From Desulfobacterales bacterium (GTDB lineage: Bacteria > Desulfobacterota > Desulfobacteria > Desulfobacterales > CAFBRK01): a stretch of 64,000 nt of DNA. Positions 1 to 9,215 of the stretch are shown piece by piece (within the stretch, counting starts at the first letter, position 1; each line of letters begins with the position of its first letter). The stretch spans positions 31,763-95,762 of the forward strand of contig JAIPEL010000003.1 of NCBI GenBank assembly GCA_021737185.1. Direction: 5' to 3'. Under the pieces are notes generated by a model. That model was not told where the DNA came from, made no database searches, and worked only from the letters and a program-made list of their open reading frames with translations. A program made the position numbers and the translations under genes.

Positions 1-902
1 CCACCGCAAACCCGGAAAAGGCCCTGAGCCGGGCGCTGACCGAAGCGGCCCAGCTGGCCGGTGATTTCAACTCCAGGTCCAATTACGTGGCCAGCGGGCT
101 TCCCAAATTCAGCCGCCTTCAAGAGGCCGACTACATCACCCACGCTTCGACCACGGTCCGGATCGAGGATCTGCCCGACATTTCCGACGACAACATCCGA
201 CTGGAGGTAGATCGCTGCGTGGGGGCCCTGGCCGACCGGGATCTGGAGGTCATCGTCGTCGACACGACCCATCCCGTGCTCGGCATCCCTGCTTTTTACA
301 CCATCGTTGCCGGCTCCCACTTCAGAGAAAGAGCCCATCAGACCAGCGTGGGGATGTTCACGGCCAAGCTGATCGCCGAAAACTATCCTCCGGGGCAGGC
401 CGCCGAAAAACTGGCGCAGATGGACGAGCTTCTTCCAGGAAAATATTATGTCAAGTTTCACCTCGGGGTGAGCCGCCTGAACGCGGGATCGCCCGAATCG
501 GCCGCCGCCGATCTTTCCTCGGCCCTGGCCCTGGAGCCCACCGAAGAGGACCGGGCCACCATCTGTTCTTATCTGGGCGTCTGCTTCAAGGAAATGGGAC
601 GGTACCGGCAGGCCCTGGAAGTGCTGGAAAAAGGGCTTTCGATCGATCCAGCCCGCACCGACATCCTCAATCTGATGGGATTTTGCCGCTTCAAGCTCGG
701 GGACCACGAAAAGGCGATCGAGCACTTCAAGACCTTGCTTGATCTGGACCCGAGCAGCGCCATCGATTATGCCAACATCGCCGTCAACTACCGGGAGATG
801 GGAGATCCCCAAAAGGCCGTGGAATACTTCGAGCTGGCGCTGGCCCTGGACCCCACCATCGACTTTGCCCGGCAGGGGCTGGTGGCGCTCCTCCAGGGCT
901 GA
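1..902 (+). CDS. YcaO-like protein, C-terminal part, fused to TPR repeats (5' end lies outside the window)
   Basis: Frame 3 is open from base 3 (TANPEKALSRALTEAAQLAGDF...), so the tracked 271-aa ORF is only the tail of a longer protein. EVIVVDTTHPVLGIPAFYTIVAG resembles the YcaO C-terminal core. The last ~150 aa are TPR-like helix pairs (YLGVCFKEMGRYRQALEVLEKGL, NLMGFCRFKLGDHEKAIEHFKTLL, NIAVNYREMGDPQKAVEYFELAL). Confidence 0.75.
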   Translation, partial: TANPEKALSRALTEAAQLAGDFNSRSNYVASGLPKFSRLQEADYITHASTTVRIEDLPDISDDNIRLEVDRCVGALADRDLEVIVVDTTHPVLGIPAFYTIVAGSHFRERAHQTSVGMFTAKLIAENYPPGQAAEKLAQMDELLPGKYYVKFHLGVSRLNAGSPESAAADLSSALALEPTEEDRATICSYLGVCFKEMGRYRQALEVLEKGLSIDPARTDILNLMGFCRFKLGDHEKAIEHFKTLLDLDPSSAIDYANIAVNYREMGDPQKAVEYFELALALDPTIDFARQGLVALLQG

Positions 903-1130
903 GTCAGGGCTCCCCCCCCGCAGATAAAGAATCCGTATCGTGCGGAAAAAAAACATAAAAATTTCCTTGGCCTCCGCCTTTTCTCCATCAACAGACCATG
1001 CGGGTTTTTGTCGTTACTCCTCCGCTGTAGCTGGCTTTCCGGCCCTCTCTTTAAATCCTCCGGTTCATTCTTATATTCAGCCCCACGGCAGGAAAATGCC
1101 GGCTGATGAACCATGGAAAGGAGAATCGAT

Positions 1131-1334
1131 ATGGAAAAAGAAACCTTTACGATACCGAATATTTCCTGCGGCCACTGCGTGATGGCCATCAAAAACGAGC
1201 TGGGCGAGATCGACGGCATCCAAGGCGTCGAAGGCAATGCCGATGGGAAAACCGTCACGGTGACATGGGAGGCGCCGGCGACCGAGGAAAAGATCCGCAG
1301 CACCCTTGCTGACATCAACTATCCGGCGCAATGA
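1131..1334 (+). CDS. copZ: Copper chaperone, heavy-metal-associated domain (CopZ-like)
   Basis: 67 aa with a CxxC metal site (ISCGHCV). GGAAAGGAG lies 7 nt upstream of ATG 1131. It sits in the same direction just upstream of the copA module. Confidence 0.85.
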   Translation: MEKETFTIPNISCGHCVMAIKNELGEIDGIQGVEGNADGKTVTVTWEAPATEEKIRSTLADINYPAQ

Positions 1335-1344
1335 GGAAAAGGAC

Positions 1345-2205
1345 GTGACATCCGAGCTTCTGCTTGCTGCGAAAACCGCCCTGGCTGCCGGCCGGGAGAT
1401 CTTGAAAATCTACGAGAACGGTTTTTCCGTGGAAGAAAAAGCCGATGGTTCTCCCCTGACCCAGGCGGATCGATGCGCTCACGAGATTATCCAGGCGGCG
1501 CTTTCCGGCACCGGTCTTCCGCTGCTCAGTGAAGAGGGCCGGGACATCGCCTACGATCAGCGCAAAGGCTGGCAGCAGTTCTGGCTGGTCGATCCATTGG
1601 ACGGCACCAAAGAATTCATCCATCGGCGCGGCGAGTTCACGGTCAACATCGCCTTGATCGAAAACGGCCGGCCGGTCATGGGCGTCGTCTACCTGCCGAC
1701 GACGGGGGCGCTCTATGCCGCCGCCCGGGGACTCGGAGCCTGGCGCCTGGACCGGAAGCAGCTTTCGATTCTGGAAGCCTTGCCCGAGGATCTGCCGCTG
1801 GAAGGCGCCTGGGCCAAAATCACCGGTGAAGCCGGGCGCCTGCCCTCGGCCCGCCGGGCGCAACGCCCCTTTACGATCATCGGCAGCCGCTCCCACGGCA
1901 CCGAAGCCGTCAGCGCCTATGTCCAGAGGCAGGAAAAGGAGCACGGTCTGGTCGATTTCATTTCAGCCGGAAGCTCCCTGAAGTTTTGCCGGGTGGCCGA
2001 AGGTGCGGCGGACGTCTATCCCCGGTTCGGCCCCACCATGGAATGGGACACCGCCGCAGGCCAGGCAGTGGCCGAAGCCGCAGGCGCAGAGGTGGTCGAG
2101 GCCGAGTCCGGCCGGCCCCTGGTCTACAACAAACCGGACCTGAAAAATCCATGGTTCATCGTTCGACGAAAAGATGGCAGTCCTCTGTTCGGGAAGCGGA
2201 TATAA
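1345..2205 (+). CDS. cysQ: 3'(2'),5'-bisphosphate nucleotidase (CysQ, inositol monophosphatase family)
   Basis: IMPase-fold motifs are present (LSEEG, WLVDPLDGTKEFI, SAGSSLKFCRVAEGAADVY). The start is ambiguous: GTG 1345 just after the copZ stop, or TTG 1306 overlapping copZ. Confidence 0.85.
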   Translation: MTSELLLAAKTALAAGREILKIYENGFSVEEKADGSPLTQADRCAHEIIQAALSGTGLPLLSEEGRDIAYDQRKGWQQFWLVDPLDGTKEFIHRRGEFTVNIALIENGRPVMGVVYLPTTGALYAAARGLGAWRLDRKQLSILEALPEDLPLEGAWAKITGEAGRLPSARRAQRPFTIIGSRSHGTEAVSAYVQRQEKEHGLVDFISAGSSLKFCRVAEGAADVYPRFGPTMEWDTAAGQAVAEAAGAEVVEAESGRPLVYNKPDLKNPWFIVRRKDGSPLFGKRI

Positions 2206-2208
2206 AAC

Positions 2209-4689
2209 ATGGACGATAAAAACATCCAAGACAGCAAGAACAGGTGGCGCCGAATCGAGCTTCCGGTTACCGGCATGACCTGCGCCAATTGCGCGGCCAA
2301 TATCGAACGGGGGCTGAAAAAGCTCGACGGTGTGGCAAACGTGTCGGTCAATTTCGGCTCCGAGCGCGCCAGAGTGGATCTGGATGAAGGCAAGACCGGC
2401 ATTTCAGAGGTGGTCGACCGGATTCAACGCTCCGGCTACGGCGTCGCCACCCAGCGCATCGAGCTGCCGATTACCGGCATGACCTGCGCCAACTGCTCGG
2501 CAAACGTCGAACGGGCGCTCAAGAAAAAAGTCCCCGGTGTAACAGACGCATCGGTCAACTTTGCCAGCGAACGGGCCACGGTCGACTTTATCCCTTCGGT
2601 TTCCGGCATCGACGATCTGGTGGCGGCGATTGAAAAAGCCGGCTACGGCGCTGTGGTGCCGGAAGAAAACGTCTCGGCCGAAGATGCCGAGCTTTCGGCC
2701 AGGCAGGCGGAGATCGCCGATCAAACCCGGAAGTTTATCGCCGGCGTGGTTTTCGCCCTGCCCCTGTTTTTGCTGAGCATGGCGCGGGACTTCGGATTGA
2801 CCGGGCCCTGGAGCCACGCCGCCTGGGTGAACTGGCTCTTCTTTGCCCTGGCCACACCGGTACAGTTTTACACCGGATGGGACTACTACGTCGGCGGAAT
2901 CAAGAGCCTTCGGAACAAAAGCGCGAACATGGACGTGCTGGTGGCCATGGGCTCTTCGGTGGCCTACGGCTATTCGGTCTGCGTACTGCTGTTTCCGGCG
3001 GTGGGAGACCACGTCTATTTCGAGACATCGGCGGTGATCATCACCCTGATCAAACTGGGCAAGATGCTCGAGGCAAGAACCAAGGGCCGTACCGGCGGCG
3101 CCATCCGAAAGCTGATGGGGCTTCGGCCCGACACCGCCGTGGTGATCGACGACGACGGAAACGAACAGGAGATCGCCCTGACCCGGGTGCAGCAGGGAGA
3201 CCGGCTGCGGGTCCGCCCCGGCGAACGGATTCCGGTCGACGGACAAGTGCAAGAGGGCCGATCGGCGGTAGATGAATCGATGCTGACCGGAGAGCCGCTC
3301 CCGGTGGACAAGGGGCCCGGGGACAAAGTGGTGGGCGGCACCATCAACGGCCAGGGGCTGCTGCAGCTCACGGCCACGGCCGTCGGAAAAGACACCGCCC
3401 TTGCCCAGATCATCCGCCTGGTCCAGGAGGCCCAGGGAACGCGGCCGCCCATCCAGGCCCTGGCCGACCGAGTGGCGGCCTACTTCGTGCCGACGATCAT
3501 CGCCGTGGCCGTCGCCACGTTTCTGATCTGGTGGGCCGTGGGTGGCCAGTTCGTGCCCGCGATGATCCGGCTGGTAGCCGTTCTGGTCATCGCCTGCCCC
3601 TGCGCCCTGGGTCTTGCCACCCCTACCGCCATCATGGCCGGCACCGGCAAGGGCGCCGAAAGCGGCATCCTGTTCAAGCGCGGCATAGCCCTGGAGATCG
3701 CCACCCGGCTCGACACGGTGATCCTGGACAAGACCGGAACGATCACCGAGGGAAAACCGGCCGTGGCGGATATCGTGCCCATCGAGTCGGCCGGACTCGA
3801 CGAAACCTCGCTGCTTCGCATCGCCGCTTCGGCCGAGCAGGGTTCGGAGCATCCGTTGGGCAAGGCCATTGTCAACGCCGCAAAGGAGCGTGCCATCCGG
3901 CCGGAAAAGTTGTCGACGTTTTCAGCCGCCGGCGGCAGCGGGGTGGAGGCCCGGGTCGGAGAACACCATATTCGTGTCGGCAAGCCGGGATGGTTTGCCG
4001 AGCAAGGCATGGCGCTGGCCCCGGTGGCCGACGACATCGAGCGGCTTCAGTACGAGGGCAAGACCGTGATGGTCGTCGTTCGAGACGACGCCTTGTGCGG
4101 GCTGATCTCGGTTTCCGACCGGCTCAAGCCCGATTCGACCGATGCCATCGACCGGCTGCACCGCCAGGGCCTTTCCGTGGTCATGCTTACCGGCGACAAT
4201 CCCCGCACCGCCCGGACCATCGCCGACCAGGTCAAGGTCGACGATGTCTACGCGGAGGTGCGTCCGGAGGAAAAATCGGCCAAGGTGAGGGAAATCCAGG
4301 AAGAAGGCCGGAAGGTGGCAATGGTCGGCGACGGGATCAACGATGCGCCGGCCCTGGCCCAGGCCGATGTGGGAATGGCCATCGGCACCGGAACCGATGT
4401 CGCCATCGAAAGCGCAGACGTGATTCTGTCCAGCGGCAGCCTTCTGGGCGTACCCCGGACCATGGACGTCAGCCGGGCCACCATGCGCACCATCCGGCAG
4501 AACCTGTTCTGGGCTTTTTTCTACAACGTGGCCCTGGTACCGGTGGCCGCCGGCGTGCTTCAACCCTTCGAAGGCGTTCCCGCGTTCCTGCGCCAGCTCC
4601 ACCCCATCCTGGCCGCCCTGGCCATGGCCTTTTCGAGCCTCTCGGTGGTGACCAACAGCCTGCGGCTTTATGGGAAGAAGATTCGTTGA
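2209..4689 (+). CDS. copA: Copper-translocating P1B-type ATPase
   Basis: 826 aa with two N-terminal HMA domains (GMTCANC twice), a CPC membrane metal site, the DKTGT phosphorylation motif and the GDGINDAP hinge. Confidence 0.97.
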   Translation: MDDKNIQDSKNRWRRIELPVTGMTCANCAANIERGLKKLDGVANVSVNFGSERARVDLDEGKTGISEVVDRIQRSGYGVATQRIELPITGMTCANCSANVERALKKKVPGVTDASVNFASERATVDFIPSVSGIDDLVAAIEKAGYGAVVPEENVSAEDAELSARQAEIADQTRKFIAGVVFALPLFLLSMARDFGLTGPWSHAAWVNWLFFALATPVQFYTGWDYYVGGIKSLRNKSANMDVLVAMGSSVAYGYSVCVLLFPAVGDHVYFETSAVIITLIKLGKMLEARTKGRTGGAIRKLMGLRPDTAVVIDDDGNEQEIALTRVQQGDRLRVRPGERIPVDGQVQEGRSAVDESMLTGEPLPVDKGPGDKVVGGTINGQGLLQLTATAVGKDTALAQIIRLVQEAQGTRPPIQALADRVAAYFVPTIIAVAVATFLIWWAVGGQFVPAMIRLVAVLVIACPCALGLATPTAIMAGTGKGAESGILFKRGIALEIATRLDTVILDKTGTITEGKPAVADIVPIESAGLDETSLLRIAASAEQGSEHPLGKAIVNAAKERAIRPEKLSTFSAAGGSGVEARVGEHHIRVGKPGWFAEQGMALAPVADDIERLQYEGKTVMVVVRDDALCGLISVSDRLKPDSTDAIDRLHRQGLSVVMLTGDNPRTARTIADQVKVDDVYAEVRPEEKSAKVREIQEEGRKVAMVGDGINDAPALAQADVGMAIGTGTDVAIESADVILSSGSLLGVPRTMDVSRATMRTIRQNLFWAFFYNVALVPVAAGVLQPFEGVPAFLRQLHPILAALAMAFSSLSVVTNSLRLYGKKIR

Positions 4690-4833
4690 TTCGTTGATTA
4701 GTTGATTGGTTGATTAGTTGATTGGGGAAATAGGGAAAAATAGCCCAGACAGCCACGCCTTATTTTTTTTGACCCATTAACGAATCAACCATTTGACCAT
4801 TTGACCATTTAACCAATTGACCATTCAACCAAA
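4680..4833. repeat. Inverted arms of tandem octamers between convergent copA and parA
   Basis: Left arm 4680-4725 is ATTNGTTG in 5 full units plus 1 partial unit. Right arm 4773-4833 is about 6 units of CCAWTYRA, roughly the complement. The left arm overlaps the copA TGA. A 47-nt spacer carries a T8 run. Confidence 0.8.
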
Positions 4834-4859
4834 TTTTATCGCGCAGGGCGCGATAAAAT
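4833..4859. repeat. Perfect 12-bp palindrome containing the parA stop codon and last 7 codons
   Basis: ATTTTATCGCGC-agg-GCGCGATAAAAT. The parA TAA (4836-4838, minus strand) lies inside the arm. It belongs to the AAATCGC..GCGATTT palindrome family seen at six other sites. Confidence 0.8.
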
Positions 4860-5627
4860 CTCCCGGGCCAGGGCCGTGTAGTCTTCGGCTCCATAGCTGC
4901 CTCTCCGGTAGAAGACCACGGGCTTTCCCGCATCGGCACTGTCTGCGATGGTGGTGTTGGCCCGGATGACCGTGTCCAGAAGCAGCGGCCCGTAGCGCTC
5001 GTCTGCCTTGAGCTTTTCCAGAATCCGATGGCCCACCCGGGTGCGTTGATCGTAGAGGGTCGCCAGAATGCCGGTGATCGACAGGCCGTCGTTGATCTCC
5101 TGTCCCACGGCGTCGATGGTATCGAACAGTTCTCCAAGCGCCGCATAGGCGTAAGGATGGGTCTGGCAGGGAACCAACACCTCCCGGGCATAGGAAAAGA
5201 CGTTGATAGTGAGAAGAGACAGGCTCGGCGGCGTGTCGCAGATGATGAAATCATAGCGGCCTTCCAATTCGGAAAGAGCGCTCTTTAAACGATCTTCCCG
5301 GCCGGCCACTTCGACAAGCTCGACCTCGGCGCCGGTCAGGTCGACATGGGACGGAATCAGGTCCAGTCCTTCCCAGCGAGTGCTGACCAGAACGTCGTTT
5401 ACCGTTTTGCTCCCGTCGCCGGCCACCAGGTCGTAGATGGACCCTGCATCCGCATCCGGCTCCACGCCCAGCCCCCGGGTCGCGTTGAACTGCGGATCCA
5501 TGTCGACGATGAGCACCTGTCTGCCTTCCTGCTGCAGCGCCGCCCCAAGATTGATGACCGTGACGGTTTTTCCCACCCCCCCTTTTTCGTTCGCCACTGC
5601 CAGTACACGGGTCTTTCGCTTCGCCAT
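4836..5627 (-). CDS. parA: ParA/Soj-family partition ATPase (orphan, no parB adjacent)
   Basis: 263 aa from ATG 5627 (MAKRKTRVLAVANEKGGVGKTVT..., deviant Walker A). The tracked upstream extension to 5942 overlaps the dynamin gene and is rejected. Confidence 0.9.
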   Translation of the reverse strand: MAKRKTRVLAVANEKGGVGKTVTVINLGAALQQEGRQVLIVDMDPQFNATRGLGVEPDADAGSIYDLVAGDGSKTVNDVLVSTRWEGLDLIPSHVDLTGAEVELVEVAGREDRLKSALSELEGRYDFIICDTPPSLSLLTINVFSYAREVLVPCQTHPYAYAALGELFDTIDAVGQEINDGLSITGILATLYDQRTRVGHRILEKLKADERYGPLLLDTVIRANTTIADSADAGKPVVFYRRGSYGAEDYTALAREILSRPAR

Positions 5628-5697
5628 CTGCCCTGCCTCCTCCCTTCCGGCGGCAAATCCGAGACGGTTTGCCGGTAAAAAGCACACGCGCGGCGCG

Positions 5698-7962
5698 CTA
5701 CCCCGTTGAAACCGACGCGGAAAGCTCCGGCTCCATGGCCGCTCGGAGTCTTTCGATTCGCTTTGTCGCGTCCCGGGCATCGGCCGCCAGCCGCCCCAGG
5801 ATTTCGGCGGTCTTTTGCTGGATGTGCCGCTCCCGGCCGACCATTTCGGCCATCCGGTCCAGGTCCGACACATAGGCGCCAAATTCATCGAGAATTGTCT
5901 CATACAGGGCGTTGGAGGCCGCGTCGGTGAGACGAAACACATACTGGAACTTGATGTTTTCCCCGTAGTCCTTGAAATGAAACCGGAGAGACCGTTCGGT
6001 CTCCCGCTTGATCCGTCGCAGGCCGTCTCTGAGCGCCTGAACGCCCTCCTCCCTGGGACTGCTGATCGGTTTTTTCAGGATCTTCTTGAAGGCTTTGAGC
6101 ACCGAGTAAAAACCGAACCGCATGACCGCCTCGGTGCGAATCCGGGCCGAGTAGCGCAGGTGCGCCACCGCCGGCGGCATCGAAAGGCCGGCCCGGTTTC
6201 GAATCGTTTCCATGTCGGGCATCTGAACGCTTTCCTGCCGCTCCTCTCCGACGTGGACGCCGAAGCGCTTTAGGGATCGGTCGTGCTCCGCCAATGCTTC
6301 TTGAATCATGGCATCGTAAGGCCGGGCCACCGACTGCAGAGAGCTCCGGATCCGGGCTTCGAGTCGGAGAATAAAGCCCACCACCTCCGGGTTGACCGTC
6401 TCGGCGAGATAGCCGTTTACGGCCTGACGGAAATCCTGGAACAGCAGGTACAGCGTCGGAGTGAATCCCGCCGATTCGAGATTTTTCTCGTAGTCCGCCA
6501 ATGGGGGGGCGTAGCGATGAGCAAAATCGAAGACCCCGGGAAGAAGACTGCCGCGGGAGGGGTCGAAAAACCGGTCGAGCTCCCGGCGAAGCTCTGTCTT
6601 GAGTTTGCCCACGGAGCCGTCCAGGGTGCTTTTGATCATGGATCGGACCTGGTCCATCCGCTCCTGGTGAAGCCGAATCCGGTCCACGATTTGTGCAGCC
6701 CCGCTGGAGTCCTGGGACAGCAGATCCCGCCGCACCCGGAGCCATCTTCCCAGACCGTCTCCGATCACCCGCAGGCGCTCCAGGTTGTTGGACATGAACA
6801 AGGACATCCGCTCCGCCGTCAGCTTCCGCTTGAATTCCTCCTGGAAGCGCGCGGTTTCCTCATCGGAGAACCGGGTCAGCGCCGCTGCCTTTTCCCAGTG
6901 CTCCAGCCGGAGAGACTCCCGCTCGGAAAGTCTCCCCTGTTGGATCCGAAACAGGTTGTAAAGGGCCGAAAAACTAAACACATGCGGTTCGGGCCGGATC
7001 AGGGAGAGCTCATCTCTGACGTTTTCCACAAGCGCCTCGAGGTCTTCCAGGCTTTCGTGCTCGTCCAGGTCGCTGTTGACCACAAAGAGCATGTTGTCGA
7101 GAATCCCCATACGGCCGATGATCGACAGGAACTTGATGTCCGCCTGCCGCAGTCCGGTCCGGCTGCTGATGACGTAAATGATGAAATGGGTCCGCAGCAG
7201 GTAGTCCTGGATCATCGACAGATGGGCCGGATTCGGAGAATCGCTTCCCTGGCAGTCGGCAAGCTCCACATTGTCGTCCAGTCCTGCATCACCGATCTCC
7301 AGCTCGATGTCCTTCAGGTAGACGGCCATGAAATCGGCGCCGGCAAAGAGTCGATGCTCCGGGAAACGCTCTCCTTCGAAATCGTGGAGGACGGGCTCCG
7401 ACCCGATGAGATGCTGAACCTCCGGATAGCCCTTGAGGTAGGAAAAGAGCAGCACGCTGTTGGCGTCACGGGAGTCGTTTTGAATCAGGCGCTCGACGCC
7501 GAGGGTAGAAAGGGCTTCCTGCAGCGCGGATCTGTCCTTTTCCCGCCGCATGTCGAAACCGCCGTCTTCGTCCGGGCGGTTGAGGGCCGGGAACAACACC
7601 ATCGCCTCTTCGATATCGGCGTTGATTTCATCCCAGGACTTGAAATAGAGCCGCGCCCGCAGCCACCTTCCGGAGCGAATCCGGGTGACGATCGAAGTGA
7701 CGACGCCGGCGCCGCGCTTGAGAAAATCGTCGCCCAGCAGCGAATTGACAAAAGTGCTCTTGCCGGACTTGATCGCGCCGACCACGGCCACGCGGATCAC
7801 GTCTTCGGCAAGCTGCTGGCGGATGCCGGAAAGGGTTCGGCGCCAGTCTTCAAAGGACTGGACATCGAGCTCGGGCATCGAAGAAATGGTCTCGACGAGA
7901 CTCTCTAGGTCTCGGTCGACCGCCAGCAGTTCGCTTTTCAGGTGATTGAAAGCATCCATCAT
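5698..7962 (-). CDS. Dynamin-family large GTPase (bacterial dynamin-like protein)
   Basis: 754 aa. The N-terminal G domain has a P-loop VAVVGAIKSGKSTFVNSLLG, a G3-like LADCQGSDS and a G4-like VVNSDLD, followed by a long helical remainder. It lies 70 nt upstream of parA on the same strand. Confidence 0.8.
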   Translation of the reverse strand: MMDAFNHLKSELLAVDRDLESLVETISSMPELDVQSFEDWRRTLSGIRQQLAEDVIRVAVVGAIKSGKSTFVNSLLGDDFLKRGAGVVTSIVTRIRSGRWLRARLYFKSWDEINADIEEAMVLFPALNRPDEDGGFDMRREKDRSALQEALSTLGVERLIQNDSRDANSVLLFSYLKGYPEVQHLIGSEPVLHDFEGERFPEHRLFAGADFMAVYLKDIELEIGDAGLDDNVELADCQGSDSPNPAHLSMIQDYLLRTHFIIYVISSRTGLRQADIKFLSIIGRMGILDNMLFVVNSDLDEHESLEDLEALVENVRDELSLIRPEPHVFSFSALYNLFRIQQGRLSERESLRLEHWEKAAALTRFSDEETARFQEEFKRKLTAERMSLFMSNNLERLRVIGDGLGRWLRVRRDLLSQDSSGAAQIVDRIRLHQERMDQVRSMIKSTLDGSVGKLKTELRRELDRFFDPSRGSLLPGVFDFAHRYAPPLADYEKNLESAGFTPTLYLLFQDFRQAVNGYLAETVNPEVVGFILRLEARIRSSLQSVARPYDAMIQEALAEHDRSLKRFGVHVGEERQESVQMPDMETIRNRAGLSMPPAVAHLRYSARIRTEAVMRFGFYSVLKAFKKILKKPISSPREEGVQALRDGLRRIKRETERSLRFHFKDYGENIKFQYVFRLTDAASNALYETILDEFGAYVSDLDRMAEMVGRERHIQQKTAEILGRLAADARDATKRIERLRAAMEPELSASVSTG

Positions 7963-8191
7963 CTGCGATCTCTACAATGGGTTCAAAAGATTGTCAAAAG
8001 CGTACCGCCGGTCGAAAGCCGCTGGAAATGTAAGGCCTCACCCACGAAATCTTGTAAAATCCGGGTCTTTGTGATACTTCTCGACCCATCCATCCTGCAA
8101 ATCGCTGTACACAGGGATTTGCAGGGGGTTGGAACGCCGGAAGCCGCTTCAAAAGATGTGGGAACTTTGTCCAACAGGAGCCGAAACGTTC

Positions 8192-8362
8192 ATGTCCGAA
8201 AAGAATCCGGAATGTCCCTTGTACAATCCCTTGAATTGCAAGGAATACCACAATCCGAAGCTCTGCGCCTTCGTTCGCAAAGACAGTGTCTGTCGAAAGA
8301 AGGCAAAGTCCCAAGCGTCCAAAGTCAAGGTCAAGGCCGCGGTCCAAGCCCCGCAGGGGTGA
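8192..8362 (+). CDS. Small Cys-rich, Lys-rich hypothetical protein (56 aa)
   Basis: MSEKNPECPLYNPLNCKEYHNPKLCAFVRKDSVCRKK... has four Cys residues at roughly 8-9 residue spacing. AGGAG lies 11 nt upstream of the ATG. Third-position GC is about 70% although the ORF sits in a low-GC gap. I recognise no homology. Confidence 0.4.
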   Translation: MSEKNPECPLYNPLNCKEYHNPKLCAFVRKDSVCRKKAKSQASKVKVKAAVQAPQG

Positions 8363-8453
8363 TGCACCTGCCGGATAAGTGCTCGATGGCAGAGTTTCGG
8401 CGATGGTTCTCAGATCGAAGAAACCATCGTCGCCATAATTACGCCCACATGTA

Positions 8454-9023
8454 TTACGCGTTTCCGGCGGTCCCGGAAAGCATGGAGGGGTCGACACCGA
8501 GGCGATTCATGGCTGCCTGCCACCGATCCTCCGAGGGAACGCTGAAGATGATGTCGTCATGAACCGGGCCGGTGAGCCAGGCATTTTGCCTCAGCTCCTC
8601 TTCCAGCTGTTCTTCTCCCCATCCGGCGCATCCCAGCGCCACCATGAATTTCCCGGGCCCCCTGCCTTCCGCGATCGCATCCAAGATATCTTTGGTGTTG
8701 CTCATGGCCAGGGTGGAGGTGATCATCAGGCACCCCTTCCATCCGAACGGAGGGCCGTGGAGGATAAATACCTCTCCGATGTGCACCGGGCCGCCGATGT
8801 AAACCGGTTCTGCCGCCGCAGGACCTTCCGCTTCGATCTGAAGCTCCTGGAAAATTTCACCGAGGGTAAGCGACTGGTGCATCCTGTTGACGATGAGGCC
8901 GACGGCGCCCTCCGGCGTGTGCTCGGAAATGCACGTCACGGTCTGGAAAAAGTTCGGATCCATCAGGCCGGGCATGGCCAACAAAAAGTGCCCCTTCAAC
9001 GATGCTTCGTAACGCTCTTTCAT
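8454..9023 (-). CDS. YqgE/AlgH family protein (UPF0301)
   Basis: 189 aa from ATG 9023 (MKERYEASLKGHFLLAMPGLMDPNFFQTVTCISEHTPEGAVGLIVNR), the typical N-terminus of this family. Confidence 0.85.
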   Translation of the reverse strand: MKERYEASLKGHFLLAMPGLMDPNFFQTVTCISEHTPEGAVGLIVNRMHQSLTLGEIFQELQIEAEGPAAAEPVYIGGPVHIGEVFILHGPPFGWKGCLMITSTLAMSNTKDILDAIAEGRGPGKFMVALGCAGWGEEQLEEELRQNAWLTGPVHDDIIFSVPSEDRWQAAMNRLGVDPSMLSGTAGNA

Positions 9024-9215
9024 TGTCCCTCCGGGGCGGTGTGCGAAGGCCCGAAAACCGTACCACCCTATCGCCGTTTTGCGCGCATTGTCAAGACGGC
9101 AAACCCCGGCCGGCCGCGCAATGGAGTTGACATTTGCCATAGGACCCCTTATCACGGTGGTCCGTTGCCTGCCGAAGACAGCGGTCGCACATCTTGATCC
9201 AAGGAGAATCTTCAG

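Noticed and set aside
902-1130. Copper-responsive operator or riboswitch upstream of copZ
   Set aside because: Only a loose inverted repeat is present (GGTTCAT..TCAGCC / GGCTGA..ATGAACC). It does not match CueR or CsoR operator patterns I can recall, and no regulator gene is adjacent.
2404-3852. 482-aa ORF antisense to copA
   Set aside because: It is Arg/Gly/His/Asp-rich and low in complexity, and it lies fully inside a confidently identified P-type ATPase gene on the other strand. This is a typical high-GC antisense artefact.
4680-4833. CRISPR array or integron attC site
   Set aside because: The repeat units are only 7-9 nt and contiguous, with no spacers. There are no cas genes or intI anywhere in the window, and the flanking genes are convergent housekeeping genes rather than cassettes.
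6283-7908. 541-aa ORF antisense to the dynamin-like gene
   Set aside because: The reasoning is the same as for the copA antisense ORF. It has no recognisable motifs, and its composition mirrors the sense-strand codon bias.
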